This document shows, piece after piece, positions 1-9,487 of a DNA stretch of 64,000 nt. The translations under genes and the position numbers were made by a program. The notes below the pieces were generated by a model that was not told where the DNA came from, ran no database searches, and saw nothing but the letters and a program-made list of their open reading frames with translations. The DNA comes from Minisyncoccota bacterium (GTDB taxonomy: Bacteria; Patescibacteriota; Minisyncoccia; Phycocordibacterales; UBA9973): positions 185,216-249,215 of the forward strand of contig JBAZKU010000001.1 of assembly GCA_041650615.1 (NCBI GenBank), in the 5' to 3' direction. The first letter of the stretch is position 1, and the number at the start of each line of letters is the position of its first letter.

Positions 1-43
1 CTTAAAAAATTAATTCTTAAATTTTAAATCTTTAAACTGCCAA

Positions 44-1222
<1,179 letters not shown>

Positions 1223-1226
<4 letters not shown>

Positions 1227-1486
1227 ATATTTTTATTTTCTTTATCTTCTTTCTTTATCCTGACTGCATATTTTTTTACAGCTTTTACGATACCATAAGA
1301 TGAAATTAAAAAAGCTAAAATAACAGAGCCTATAAACATCCATGGTTTTGTGCCGTAATGACTATCAAGAGCTTTGCCTCCTATAACCGCTAATATTATC
1401 GGCACTGCAATCCAAGTGGAAATTTCACTAAAAATTTCAAAAGCCGGCTTCCACCAGATTTTGTTGTTATTTTTATTGTTTTCCAT
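1223..1486 (-). CDS. small two-TM membrane protein, AtpI/AtpZ-like (ATP synthase gene 1 family) by position
   Basis: 87 aa with two hydrophobic helices, immediately upstream of atpB in the same orientation. Its start codon directly abuts the tRNA-Ile 3' end. Confidence 0.4.
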
Positions 1487-1487
1487 G

Positions 1488-1560
1488 TGGGCGTGGTAGG
1501 AATCGGACCTACGGCCTCTGTCTTATCAGGACAGCGTTCTACCACTGAACTACACGCCCT
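1488..1560 (-). tRNA. tRNA-Ile (anticodon GAT)
   Basis: Reverse complement GGGCGTGTAGTTCAGTGGTAGAACGCTGTCCTGATAAGACAGAGGCCGTAGGTTCGATTCCTACCACGCCCA. Cloverleaf with anticodon loop CTGATAA. Confidence 0.9.
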
Positions 1561-1567
1561 TATAAAC

Positions 1568-1622
1568 TCGCAGGACAGCATTCGGACTTTATCCGCCTCT
1601 GGCGGAACTGAACTACATGCCC
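1568..1622 (-). pseudogene. truncated 5' copy of tRNA-Ile immediately upstream of the intact gene
   Basis: Minus strand GGGCATGTAGTTCAGT..CTGTCCTG matches the tRNA-Ile acceptor, D-arm and anticodon-stem 5' side. It carries a TCCGCCAGAGGCGGA hairpin insert and has no 3' half. Confidence 0.6.
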
Positions 1623-1696
1623 GAAATCTACACGACCCAATAAAAATATAACAAAAATAGTAATTTTACGCAAATTGCAAAAATTAAAGAACAATA

Positions 1697-1772
1697 TTTT
1701 TGCCGGTACGGATTTTTGAAGCTTAAAAAATCCTGAAATTGGCTCGCCGTCGCTCGCCAAACCCCTTAAAAA
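1697..1772. repeat. ~77-nt intergenic element, copy 1 (hairpin GGATTTTT-N8-AAAAATCC plus direct repeat GGCTCGCC-N3-GCTCGCC)
   Basis: Near-identical to 62539..62615. Both copies lie in the same orientation, upstream on the minus strand of a transcription unit (tRNA-Ile/atp operon here, gap there). Flanks are also similar (about 1684..1790). Confidence 0.8.
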
Positions 1773-1795
1773 CATTATTCTTCACTTTTTTTATA

Positions 1796-1833
1796 GAAAA
1801 AGAGCGGATACTTTCGTATCCACTCTTTTTTGA
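1796..1833. terminator. bidirectional intrinsic terminator downstream of the RRM-protein gene
   Basis: Hairpin AGAGCGGATAC-TTTC-GTATCCACTCT flanked by T-runs on both strands. Confidence 0.7.
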
Positions 1834-1846
1834 AAAACTAAATTAA

Positions 1847-2167
1847 TTAGTATTCTCGGCGTCCACCGCGATTTCCACCGCCGTATCCGCCATTACCTCC
1901 TGTGCGAGGTGGTCTTGCTTCCATTGGGCGAGCCTCATTGACTGTGAGTTTGCGTCCTTCAAATTCTTGGTCATTGAACATTGAGATAGCATTTGCTGCT
2001 TCCTCAGCTGTGGCCATTTCCACGAACCCAAAACCTTTTGAGCGACCAGACATCTTGTCCATAATAATCACAGCTGATGCAACGTTGCCAGCTTGTGCGA
2101 AGAGGTCTTTTAAGGCATCTTCTTGAACACTGTAAGGGAGTCCCCCTACATATAGCTTTGTAGCCAT
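1847..2167 (-). CDS. RNA-binding protein with RRM domain and Gly/Arg-rich tail
   Basis: RNP motifs KLYVGGLPY and KGFGFVEM, with a GGNGGYGGGNRGGRR C-terminal tail. Start trimmed to MATKLYVGG. Confidence 0.75.
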   Translation of the reverse strand: MATKLYVGGLPYSVQEDALKDLFAQAGNVASAVIIMDKMSGRSKGFGFVEMATAEEAANAISMFNDQEFEGRKLTVNEARPMEARPPRTGGNGGYGGGNRGGRREY

Positions 2168-2236
2168 ATTCTTTACTTCTCTCATTTTTCAAAAACGAGC
2201 AAAAATTATTATAATGCCCGCCTTGACTCAGCGAGG

Positions 2237-2260
2237 CAGGCGTAGATACTCTTGTCGCTC
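2237..2260. repeat. GC-rich repeat, family cccgcctWgact..gcgaggcagg (short intergenic copy)
   Basis: cccgccttgactcagcgaggcagg. Related copies at 312..353, 15572..15610 and 62086..62130. Confidence 0.7.
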
Positions 2261-2374
2261 AATGATCTCTTTGATGCTAAAACTAAATCAAAACTCACAA
2301 CTAAAACAAAAAAGCTCTTGGAGAAACTACAAAGACAATGGTAGCATAAATACACTCAAAAAGCAAAAAATATT

Positions 2375-3343
2375 TTATTCTTCTTCATCCCCTGTTTCTC
2401 CAGATTGGAGAGCGTTAATTATATCTTCTATTCCCCCTTCCATTATTTTCGGCAAATTGTGCCAAGATTTTTTGATGCGGTGATCAGTGACCCGGTCTTG
2501 TGAAAAATTATAAGTACGGATTTTTTCGGAGCGGTCGCCGGTACCTATTTGGTCCTTGCGAGTACCAGCATATTTTTTTGCTTCTTTTTCTTCTTCTAAC
2601 TGTTGAAGTTTAGCGGTTAAAATCATCATTGCTTTTTCGCGGTTGGCAAGCTGGCTTCTTTCATTTGTGGAACGCACATCAAGTCCCGTTGGTTTATGAA
2701 TAAGCCGAACAGCGGTTTCTACTTTATTTACATTCTGTCCGCCTTTTCCTCCAGAACGAGAATATTCCATTTCTATATCGGCTGGATTTATTTCAAATAA
2801 AACTTTTTTGCGAATAGGGAGGACAGCTACAGACGCAGTAGAAGTATGCACTCTACCATTTTTTTCCGTCGCCGGAATTCTTTGCACTCTATGCACACCT
2901 GTTTCATAACGCATCAATTTATAAACATCTTTGCCTTTTATTTCAAAACTGGCTTCTTTATATCCGCCCAATTCACTTTTAGATTCATAATTTGTTTTCC
3001 ATTGCCAACCTTTTATAATAGAAAATAATTCATACATATGCGCCAGTTCCCAAGCAAAAAGCGAAGCCTCATCTCCTCCGGCGCCAGCTCGTACCTCTAA
3101 CACTATCTCATTCGCCATTTCTTCTTCCTCTATATCTTTATCTAAAATATCTTGAATTTGTTTTTCCGTCGTTTCTCTTTGTTCTTGAATAGATTTTAAT
3201 TCTCCGTCCACCATTTCTTTCAAAGAAATATCTTTTGCCAGCATCTCTCGCACTTCAACTTCTTCTTTATTCAAGCGCTCTAAAATACCCGCTAAATAGC
3301 TTGTATTGTGATTTTTTTTTAATTCATCTAGATCAAAGTTCAT
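2375..3343 (-). CDS. prfA: peptide chain release factor 1
   Basis: GGQ motif ([24 protein letters not shown]) and the RF1-specific PAT tripeptide ([14 protein letters not shown]). Confidence 0.9.
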   Translation of the reverse strand: MNFDLDELKKNHNTSYLAGILERLNKEEVEVREMLAKDISLKEMVDGELKSIQEQRETTEKQIQDILDKDIEEEEMANEIVLEVRAGAGGDEASLFAWELAHMYELFSIIKGWQWKTNYESKSELGGYKEASFEIKGKDVYKLMRYETGVHRVQRIPATEKNGRVHTSTASVAVLPIRKKVLFEINPADIEMEYSRSGGKGGQNVNKVETAVRLIHKPTGLDVRSTNERSQLANREKAMMILTAKLQQLEEEKEAKKYAGTRKDQIGTGDRSEKIRTYNFSQDRVTDHRIKKSWHNLPKIMEGGIEDIINALQSGETGDEEE

Positions 3344-3357
3344 AAAATTTTATTAAA

Positions 3358-3462
3358 ATAGCGGGATTCTTATTTCTGGGGTCGCTGTCTGGGCTTACTA
3401 GCCCAGCGCTCACTCTCGCGCCGTCGCGCTGCTAGAGTCCCCATAAACAAGAATCCCGCTAT
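3358..3462. repeat. 105-nt hairpin element: 14-bp AT-rich inverted flanks (atagcgggattctt/aagaatcccgctat) around a 75-nt GC-rich core
   Basis: Sits between the prfA start and rpmE stop. The core shares GGGTCGCTG and CTCGCG motifs with the GC core inserted in rplY (5715..5738). Confidence 0.7.
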
Positions 3463-3468
3463 TTTTAC

Positions 3469-3699
3469 TTACTTCTTAGCTTTCTTTACAGCAGATGCAG
3501 AAGCAGCTCGGCGCTTATTAAAGCGTTCTACGCGTCCGGCAGTATCCATAACCTTTTCATTGCCAGTATAGAAAGGGTGACATTTACTACAAATTTCTAC
3601 TTTGATTTCAGGCATTGTTGAACCAACTTCAAAAACCGCTCCGCAGGCGCAAGTAGCTTTGGTATTTATACTATATTTTGGATGTATGTCTTTTTTCAT
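3469..3699 (-). CDS. rpmE: 50S ribosomal protein L31
   Basis: MKKDIHPKY..Cxx[11 protein letters not shown] is a classic L31 zinc-ribbon. Confidence 0.9.
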   Translation of the reverse strand: MKKDIHPKYSINTKATCACGAVFEVGSTMPEIKVEICSKCHPFYTGNEKVMDTAGRVERFNKRRAASASAVKKAKK

Positions 3700-3817
3700 C
3701 CCGTTAGAGATAGGAAATCTTTAGATTTCCGTTTCTTAATTAAATTCTATTAAATAAACAAATTTCAACCTTACATAAAATAAATCCCGCTAATTAACCA
3801 AAGAAATCTCTAACGGG
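3699..3817. mobile_element. MITE-like element with 13-bp TIRs (tcccgttagagat/atctctaacggga) and a TCAT target-site duplication
   Basis: Perfect TIRs at 3699..3711 and 3805..3817. TSD tcat at 3696..3699 and 3820..3823; the left TSD copy contains the rpmE start codon. AT-rich interior. Confidence 0.75.
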
Positions 3818-3846
3818 ATTCATCTCCTCAAAAGATTATCACAATT

Positions 3847-5202
3847 TTAGCTTGAAAGCAAATCTATATTATCTTGGATTGTAGCTTTTAATTTCTGAAC
3901 GCTTTTACTATAAGAACAAGAAGTTCCTCCAGAACCATAATATTTACAAGCTGCTTTATTTTGCGCGCTGGTGCTGCTACCTACTGCCCCTAGATCAGTA
4001 AGATACATAGCCGAGGCCATGAAAGCATCCCTAGGAGACCATGGATTAGCATTGTATCCCAAAATTTCTTTCAAACGATTTTCAAAAATTTTCCAAGTTG
4101 AAGGAATAAATTGCGCGGGTCCCATTGCTCCTCCCCATCCTACAACTCCAGTAATCGGACAAGATACAGCCGTTTTAAAAGCATTAAAACCCAGACTATT
4201 GGTAATATCCAAAAATATAGGCACATCGCGAGTGGGATGCATTACTTTGGTAAAAGGTGTCCCCGTATTTTTACCCACTCCTGCTCCGGTATTCGGATCT
4301 GTTAAATAACATTGGCCAACATTCGCGCCAAGATTGCTTTCTTGAGTAAGAATAGCGAGCAGGAATGCAGGATCAATGCCGAATTTAGTTTTAGCCTCAT
4401 TTGCATATTCCAGCGCTGTTCCAAATTCTATTTTTTGGGAAATACCCGCTAAAGGAAATAAAGCGCTACGAATACTATTTGCTTTTGCTTTTTTTTCAGC
4501 CGCCAATTTTTGATAAGCGGCTTCTTTGTCTTTGGAAATAGCTAAAAGCTCTTTGGTTGTAGCTTCAGTTTGCGCAACTTTTTTTTGAGCATTTTCCAGT
4601 TCTGCTTTAGCGTCTGTTTCCGCATCTTGTTTTTTTTCTAAATCGGTTTTAGCAACTTCAGTCTGCACTTTTACTCCATTAATAAGGTCAACAGAAGTTT
4701 TTATAGCTTGTTGAATAGAATTATAAGATTCCAAATCACTGTAAAAATCGGAAATACTATTATCGGAAAGAATTAAATTTACTAAATTTTGATTATCAAA
4801 TTCATTTGTATTCCTAATAAGTTGAGCTAATGATTCATATTCTCTGTCAATTTTTTTAGAAAGCGACTCAATCGCTTTTACTTTATCATTAATATCCACC
4901 TTTAACTGAGCAATCACCAACGTTCTGGTTTTTATTTTTGTTTTTAAAGTATTAATTTGGCTATTTAAGTAATCAACATCACCTTTTAAGGTCCCGGTTT
5001 GTTTTTGTTGGATTGCCTGTTTTTCCAATAAATCCGCATATTCTGCTTCTAATTGATCAAGTTGGTTCTGACAATATGCCTTATCTGCAGAACTAGAAGA
5101 AGTATTTAAAGTAAGACAGTCAAAAGCAGCGTCTGTTTTGTACGCCACAAAAACCAACATAAAAGAAATAGAAACAAAAACTATGGCAATTTTCTTAACC
5201 AT
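3847..5202 (-). CDS. secreted coiled-coil protein with C-terminal lytic transglycosylase-like (SLT) peptidoglycan hydrolase domain
   Basis: N-terminal signal/TM, long heptad-repeat region, and a C-terminus with ILTQESNLG..QCYLTD..GPAQFIPSTW resembling SLT-domain catalytic motifs. Confidence 0.5.
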   Translation of the reverse strand: MVKKIAIVFVSISFMLVFVAYKTDAAFDCLTLNTSSSSADKAYCQNQLDQLEAEYADLLEKQAIQQKQTGTLKGDVDYLNSQINTLKTKIKTRTLVIAQLKVDINDKVKAIESLSKKIDREYESLAQLIRNTNEFDNQNLVNLILSDNSISDFYSDLESYNSIQQAIKTSVDLINGVKVQTEVAKTDLEKKQDAETDAKAELENAQKKVAQTEATTKELLAISKDKEAAYQKLAAEKKAKANSIRSALFPLAGISQKIEFGTALEYANEAKTKFGIDPAFLLAILTQESNLGANVGQCYLTDPNTGAGVGKNTGTPFTKVMHPTRDVPIFLDITNSLGFNAFKTAVSCPITGVVGWGGAMGPAQFIPSTWKIFENRLKEILGYNANPWSPRDAFMASAMYLTDLGAVGSSTSAQNKAACKYYGSGGTSCSYSKSVQKLKATIQDNIDLLSS

Positions 5203-5222
5203 AGTCTTTATTGTAGCATATT

Positions 5223-5954
5223 TTATTTTTCTTCTCCTTTTTCTTCAGTCGCTTCCGTGGCAACTTCAACTTCTCCTCCTTCTTCCTCTTTCTTGCCTTT
5301 CTTTTCAACTTCAATTTCAGACAAATCCGGAGGTGCTACAACTTCTTCTTTTTCTTCTACTTGAAGAACTATGGAAGCTACAACATCATGCTCATTCGCA
5401 ATAACAATAACTCCGGCTGGTAATTTTATATCGGAAATAAAAATCTGGTTTTCTACTGTTTCAAGTTTGGATATGTCAACTTCCAGACTATGCGGAAGAT
5501 CTTTTGGCAATGCTTCAACTTCCACTTCATGAAGAACCTTAACAAGATTCCCTAATCCATTTTTTACAGCATTGGAAATGCCGATAAATTCAAGCGGAAC
5601 TTTAACTTTTATCTTCTTATTCATATCCACAACCAGAAAATCCACATGTATCGGTTCTTCCGTTACCGGATGCACCTGCACTTCGTGAATAAGCGCGTCA
5701 ACCCCGTTAGAGATAGAGGGTCGCTGCGAGCCCTCGCGATCTCTAACGGGGTCAACATTATTATCACCTATAGCTATTTTTATAGTGGAAGATTCTCCAG
5801 CTTCCCGCCAGATTTTTTTAAAATCAACAATTGATATGGAAATAGAAGTAGCAGTCTTGCCTGTTCCATAAAAAACAGCAGGGATTTCCCCTGTTTTCCT
5901 TAAAGTATCCAAATTAATACCTTCATTTCTCTTTTTAGCCTTGATTACAAACAT
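5223..5954 (-). CDS. rplY: 50S ribosomal protein L25 / general stress protein Ctc, with an 18-aa in-frame insertion and acidic C-terminal tail
   Basis: L25 N-domain (AVFYGTGK..) and beta-barrel motifs (HVDFLVVD). The insertion PVRDREGSQRPSISNGVD is encoded by the palindromic element at 5702..5751. Confidence 0.8.
   Translation of the reverse strand: MFVIKAKKRNEGINLDTLRKTGEIPAVFYGTGKTATSISISIVDFKKIWREAGESSTIKIAIGDNNVDPVRDREGSQRPSISNGVDALIHEVQVHPVTEEPIHVDFLVVDMNKKIKVKVPLEFIGISNAVKNGLGNLVKVLHEVEVEALPKDLPHSLEVDISKLETVENQIFISDIKLPAGVIVIANEHDVVASIVLQVEEKEEVVAPPDLSEIEVEKKGKKEEEGGEVEVATEATEEKGEEK
5702..5751. mobile_element. MITE-like element inside rplY: TIRs ccccgttagagat/atctctaacgggg around a GC core, flanked by a gtcaa/tcaac duplication
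   Basis: 13-bp perfect TIRs at 5702..5714 and 5739..5751. The core agagggtcgctgcgagccctcgcg is GC-rich. Element plus TSD is 54 nt, a multiple of 3, and is translated. Confidence 0.75.
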
Positions 5955-6072
5955 AAAGACAGTATACTTAAAAATTAAAAAATTGCAAATTTAAAAAACT
6001 TTTTTAGTCAAAAAAAATTTGAACGTAACGCAATAAATTTTTAACCATATTAAGAATCTGTGTAAACATTTT

Positions 6073-6945
6073 TTATTTAAAATTATTAAAAAGTTTCAGC
6101 CGCGATTCTACGACTTTTTCTATTGCTTCTACAGCAGGCTGTAATATTTTATAAGGCGTAGTTTCTTTCGGATTATCTTTTAAAAATTTTTCCAGGGCCT
6201 CTCTATAGGCAACACGAATTTCCGTATTAATATGAATTATAGAGATTCCAGCATTAATTGCTTCCTTAAAATCCCCATCAGAAATCCCTGAACCTCCGTG
6301 TAAAACAAGTGGCACACCACAAGCCCGACGAATTTGTTTTATTTTTTCAATGTTAAGTTTTGGATTTCCTCCTTTAACCATTCCATGAATATTTCCTACA
6401 GAAGGTGCAAGTAAATCAATTCCTGTTTTTTCTATAAAATATTTTGCATCTTCTGGTTTAGTCATTGTTGCTTCTCCAACTCCTTCAGGGACTATATCTA
6501 ATAATTTTGAAGAAGTTCCAATAAAACCAAGTTCTGCTTCTATCAAAACATCTTTTCCACTATTTTTTGAAACTTCTTTCGCGTAATCCACACATTTTTT
6601 TGTTAATATAATGTTTTCTTTAAGTGGTAATTTAACAGCATCAATAATTACTGCATCATAACCTATATCAATAACTTCTTTTACTGAATTAAAACTGTAA
6701 TGATGATCAGCGTTCAAAAATATTGGGAAATTATCTTTTTGACGAATTGTTTTAATAAGGGCAATCGCCTCTTCTTTGCCAACAAAAGATTCTTCGCCTT
6801 CTGAAAGACCGATTATCACAGGGACATTCAGCTTCTTGGCTGCATTATAAATACCATGTAAGGCTTCCAAATTTGAAATATTAAAATGCCCAATGGCTAC
6901 TTTTTTTTCTTCCGCTTCTTTTATATATTCGCGTAATGTTTTCAT
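6073..6945 (-). CDS. fba: class II fructose-bisphosphate aldolase
   Basis: Motifs AIGHFN, PVIIGLSEG, HLHGGSG; about 290 aa. Confidence 0.85.
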   Translation of the reverse strand: MKTLREYIKEAEEKKVAIGHFNISNLEALHGIYNAAKKLNVPVIIGLSEGEESFVGKEEAIALIKTIRQKDNFPIFLNADHHYSFNSVKEVIDIGYDAVIIDAVKLPLKENIILTKKCVDYAKEVSKNSGKDVLIEAELGFIGTSSKLLDIVPEGVGEATMTKPEDAKYFIEKTGIDLLAPSVGNIHGMVKGGNPKLNIEKIKQIRRACGVPLVLHGGSGISDGDFKEAINAGISIIHINTEIRVAYREALEKFLKDNPKETTPYKILQPAVEAIEKVVESRLKLFNNFK

Positions 6946-6950
6946 CTATA

Positions 6951-8426
6951 TTATTTTAGCAATTTTTTCAGTGTTTCAATAACAATTTGCGGATTCGCGC
7001 TACCCTTGCTTTCTTTTATAACTTTTCCAACTAGAGACATTATAGCATTTTCTTTGCCAGCTTTATATACGGCAACAACTTCAGAGTTTTCTGAAATTAC
7101 TTTCTCCACGACAGCTTTAATTACACTTTCATCGTTTTTCTGCAATAAACCTTTTTCTGTAGCAATTTTGAGTGGAGACTCATTTTTTAATACAATTATC
7201 GCTAAAATATCTTTCGTTACTCGAGATGAAATTTTACCCTCGGCAGCAAGATTTATCAGTTCGGCAAAGTTTTCAGCATTCGGACGTTGGACGTCTGAAT
7301 TATTCTTTTTAAGACCTAAGTAATCAGAAGTAATGTAATTAGAAGCAAGTTTTACTTTCTCTTGTTCTTTTAAAATTTCAGATACTTCTTCAAACCATTG
7401 ACCCAATTCTTTATCATTAATGTAACTTTCTATATCCTCATCTTTAATTCCAAAATCTTTTTTATATCTCGCGCGTTTTTCTGCCGGTAGTTCCGGTAAT
7501 TCTTCTTTTATTTTTTTCAAATCAAAAGCTTCGTGTAAATACATTTTGGGTAAATCCGGTTCCGGGAAATACCTATAATCATGACTTGATTCTTTTTTTC
7601 TTTGAGAAAATGTTTTTTGCTTCCCATCGTCCCATCCCCTGGTTTCCTGCACTATTTCGTTTTCTTTTCCATCCTCCAAAAGTTTTACCATTCTATCCAA
7701 TTCAAATTTAATCGCTTTTTCAACACTCTTAAACGAATTTAAATTTTTCACTTCTACCTTCGTACCCAATTTATTTTTATCTTCCGAAACTGAAATGTTT
7801 GCTTCCACTCTCATCTCGCCTTTTTCCATATTCGCTTCGGACACTTCTAGATACCAAAGGATAAGCTGTAATTCTTTGGCAAAATCGGATGTGGTTTTAG
7901 CGGCGCTTTCTGCATCATCAAAACTATGAGGCTCAGTAACAAGTTCCATTAATGGCACACCTGCACGATTAAAATCAACAAGAGAATAACCATTTTCCCA
8001 CATGTCAGACATGTGAGTTTCCACATGTCTGACATGTGGGAAATCTATATGTTTATTATTAGCTGTGTCTTCTTCTAAATGAATACGAGTAATGTCAAAA
8101 TCAGCCAATTTTCCGCCGAAAACTATCGGATATTTATATTGTGAAATCTGAAAGCCTTTTGGGATGTCAGGGTAAAAATAATTTTTGCGATCAAATTCGG
8201 TAAAATCCGCAATTTTTCCACCAATAGCCAATCCAACTTTTATGACATTTTCTATCGCTTTTTTATTGATTACCGGCAAAGCCCCTGGGTGAGCCATACA
8301 AACAGGACAAATATTTACATTCGGTTTTTCTTCGTCTGGGTCATTCTTACAATCACAAAACATTTTCGTCTGCGTTTTCAACTCCGCATGTACTTCCAAA
8401 CCAATTGTTGGGTAATACTTACTCAT
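6951..8426 (-). CDS. gatB: Asp-tRNA(Asn)/Glu-tRNA(Gln) amidotransferase subunit B
   Basis: GLEVHAEL, FCDC..CPVC, GYSLVDFNRAGVPLMELV, and a C-terminal GatB/YqeY domain. Contains an in-frame perfect hairpin insert at 7998..8040. Confidence 0.9.
   Translation of the reverse strand: MSKYYPTIGLEVHAELKTQTKMFCDCKNDPDEEKPNVNICPVCMAHPGALPVINKKAIENVIKVGLAIGGKIADFTEFDRKNYFYPDIPKGFQISQYKYPIVFGGKLADFDITRIHLEEDTANNKHIDFPHVRHVETHMSDMWENGYSLVDFNRAGVPLMELVTEPHSFDDAESAAKTTSDFAKELQLILWYLEVSEANMEKGEMRVEANISVSEDKNKLGTKVEVKNLNSFKSVEKAIKFELDRMVKLLEDGKENEIVQETRGWDDGKQKTFSQRKKESSHDYRYFPEPDLPKMYLHEAFDLKKIKEELPELPAEKRARYKKDFGIKDEDIESYINDKELGQWFEEVSEILKEQEKVKLASNYITSDYLGLKKNNSDVQRPNAENFAELINLAAEGKISSRVTKDILAIIVLKNESPLKIATEKGLLQKNDESVIKAVVEKVISENSEVVAVYKAGKENAIMSLVGKVIKESKGSANPQIVIETLKKLLK
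7998..8040. repeat. 43-nt perfect hairpin (two 19-nt arms of cccacatgtcagacatgtg around a 5-nt loop) in frame inside gatB
   Basis: Arms are exact reverse complements, and each arm is also internally palindromic. Encodes about HVRHVETHMSDMWE, which is absent from typical GatB. Confidence 0.8.
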
Positions 8427-8434
8427 ATAACAAA

Positions 8435-9487
8435 TTATACCTTTTTCTTTAAAATTTTCACTAATTCATCTTTGAGAGTTTTTACCGATTTATCGTCATA
8501 TAAAGAAAGCGCAAAAACTTTTTTGGGCCTGCCTGCGCAGGCAGGAATCTTCTCAAATTCTTTTTTCTTTTTGTCTATGATTTTTTCATTTTCTACCATG
8601 TCAGATTTTGTAAGAATAATAATTTCATCTTTTTGGGATAGGCCTTCTTCTCCCAAATCTAAATTCTTGTCATATTTTTCCAATTCCTTTCTTACAACCT
8701 TATAATTTTTCATCATCATAGATAAATTTCCCGCCCCGTAGGAAGCTTGCTTTCCTTCGGGGTCAAACGATATCAGATGCGCAATCATTTTAGTTCGTTT
8801 TATATGTCGTAAAAATTTAACACCAAGTCCCTTTCCCGTATTTGCTCCTTCTATCAACCCTGGGATATCGGCAATCGTGTATCCGTAAAAATCGCCCAAA
8901 TTCGGGTCAAGCGTAGTAAATTCATAATCTCCTATTTTTGCCTCAGCGTTTGTTATGACATTGAGCAATGAAGATTTACCGGCATTGGGCAATCCAACTA
9001 ATCCAATATCCGCAAAAAGTTCCAACTCTATATGAAAATTTCCATGTTCTCCTTCCATTCCCGGCCGCCATTCTTTTGGAGTCGTATTGGTAGAACTTTT
9101 AAAATGTTCATTGCCAAACCCCCCATATCCGCCTTTCAAAAGCAAAACTTTTTGCCCTTCTTCCAGTAATTGCCATTGCTCATCCGTTTCCAGGTTAGTG
9201 ATAATGGATCCTATCGGCAATTCTAAAAAAAAGTCATTCCCTTTTTTGCCGTGTAAACTTTTTTTACCTCCATCTTCTCCTCGTCCGGCGCTAAAACTTT
9301 TTTTGGCTTTGTATTTTGAAAGTATATGCACATCGCGGACAGCTTGCGCATAAAAATCTCCGCCACGTCCACCGTCGCCTCCTGCCGGTCCGCCTTTGGG
9401 CACAAATTTTTCTTGTCGCCAGCGAACTACTCCGTCGCCACCGCGACCCGCTTCTGCGTATATTTTTATTTCATCTATGAAGGCCAT
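8435..9487 (-). CDS. obg: GTPase Obg/CgtA
   Basis: Obg fold N-terminus (GGDGGRGG) and G-domain (GLPNAGKSSL, DIPGLIEGA). Carries two in-frame palindromic inserts at 8528..8545 and 8734..8762. Confidence 0.9.
   Translation of the reverse strand: MAFIDEIKIYAEAGRGGDGVVRWRQEKFVPKGGPAGGDGGRGGDFYAQAVRDVHILSKYKAKKSFSAGRGEDGGKKSLHGKKGNDFFLELPIGSIITNLETDEQWQLLEEGQKVLLLKGGYGGFGNEHFKSSTNTTPKEWRPGMEGEHGNFHIELELFADIGLVGLPNAGKSSLLNVITNAEAKIGDYEFTTLDPNLGDFYGYTIADIPGLIEGANTGKGLGVKFLRHIKRTKMIAHLISFDPEGKQASYGAGNLSMMMKNYKVVRKELEKYDKNLDLGEEGLSQKDEIIILTKSDMVENEKIIDKKKKEFEKIPACAGRPKKVFALSLYDDKSVKTLKDELVKILKKKV
8528..8545. repeat. 18-nt perfect GC palindrome cctgcctgcgcaggcagg in frame in obg
   Basis: Self-complementary. 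Encodes PACAGR near the Obg C-terminus. Confidence 0.7.
8734..8762. repeat. 29-nt imperfect palindrome ccccgtaggaagcttgctttccttcgggg (copy 1) in frame in obg
   Basis: Second copy at 60127..60156. Encodes PEGKQASYG. Confidence 0.75.

Noticed and set aside
2214-2483. 89-aa plus-strand ORF
   Set aside because: Overlaps the prfA 3' end on the opposite strand and a GC repeat. Low-complexity translation; spurious.
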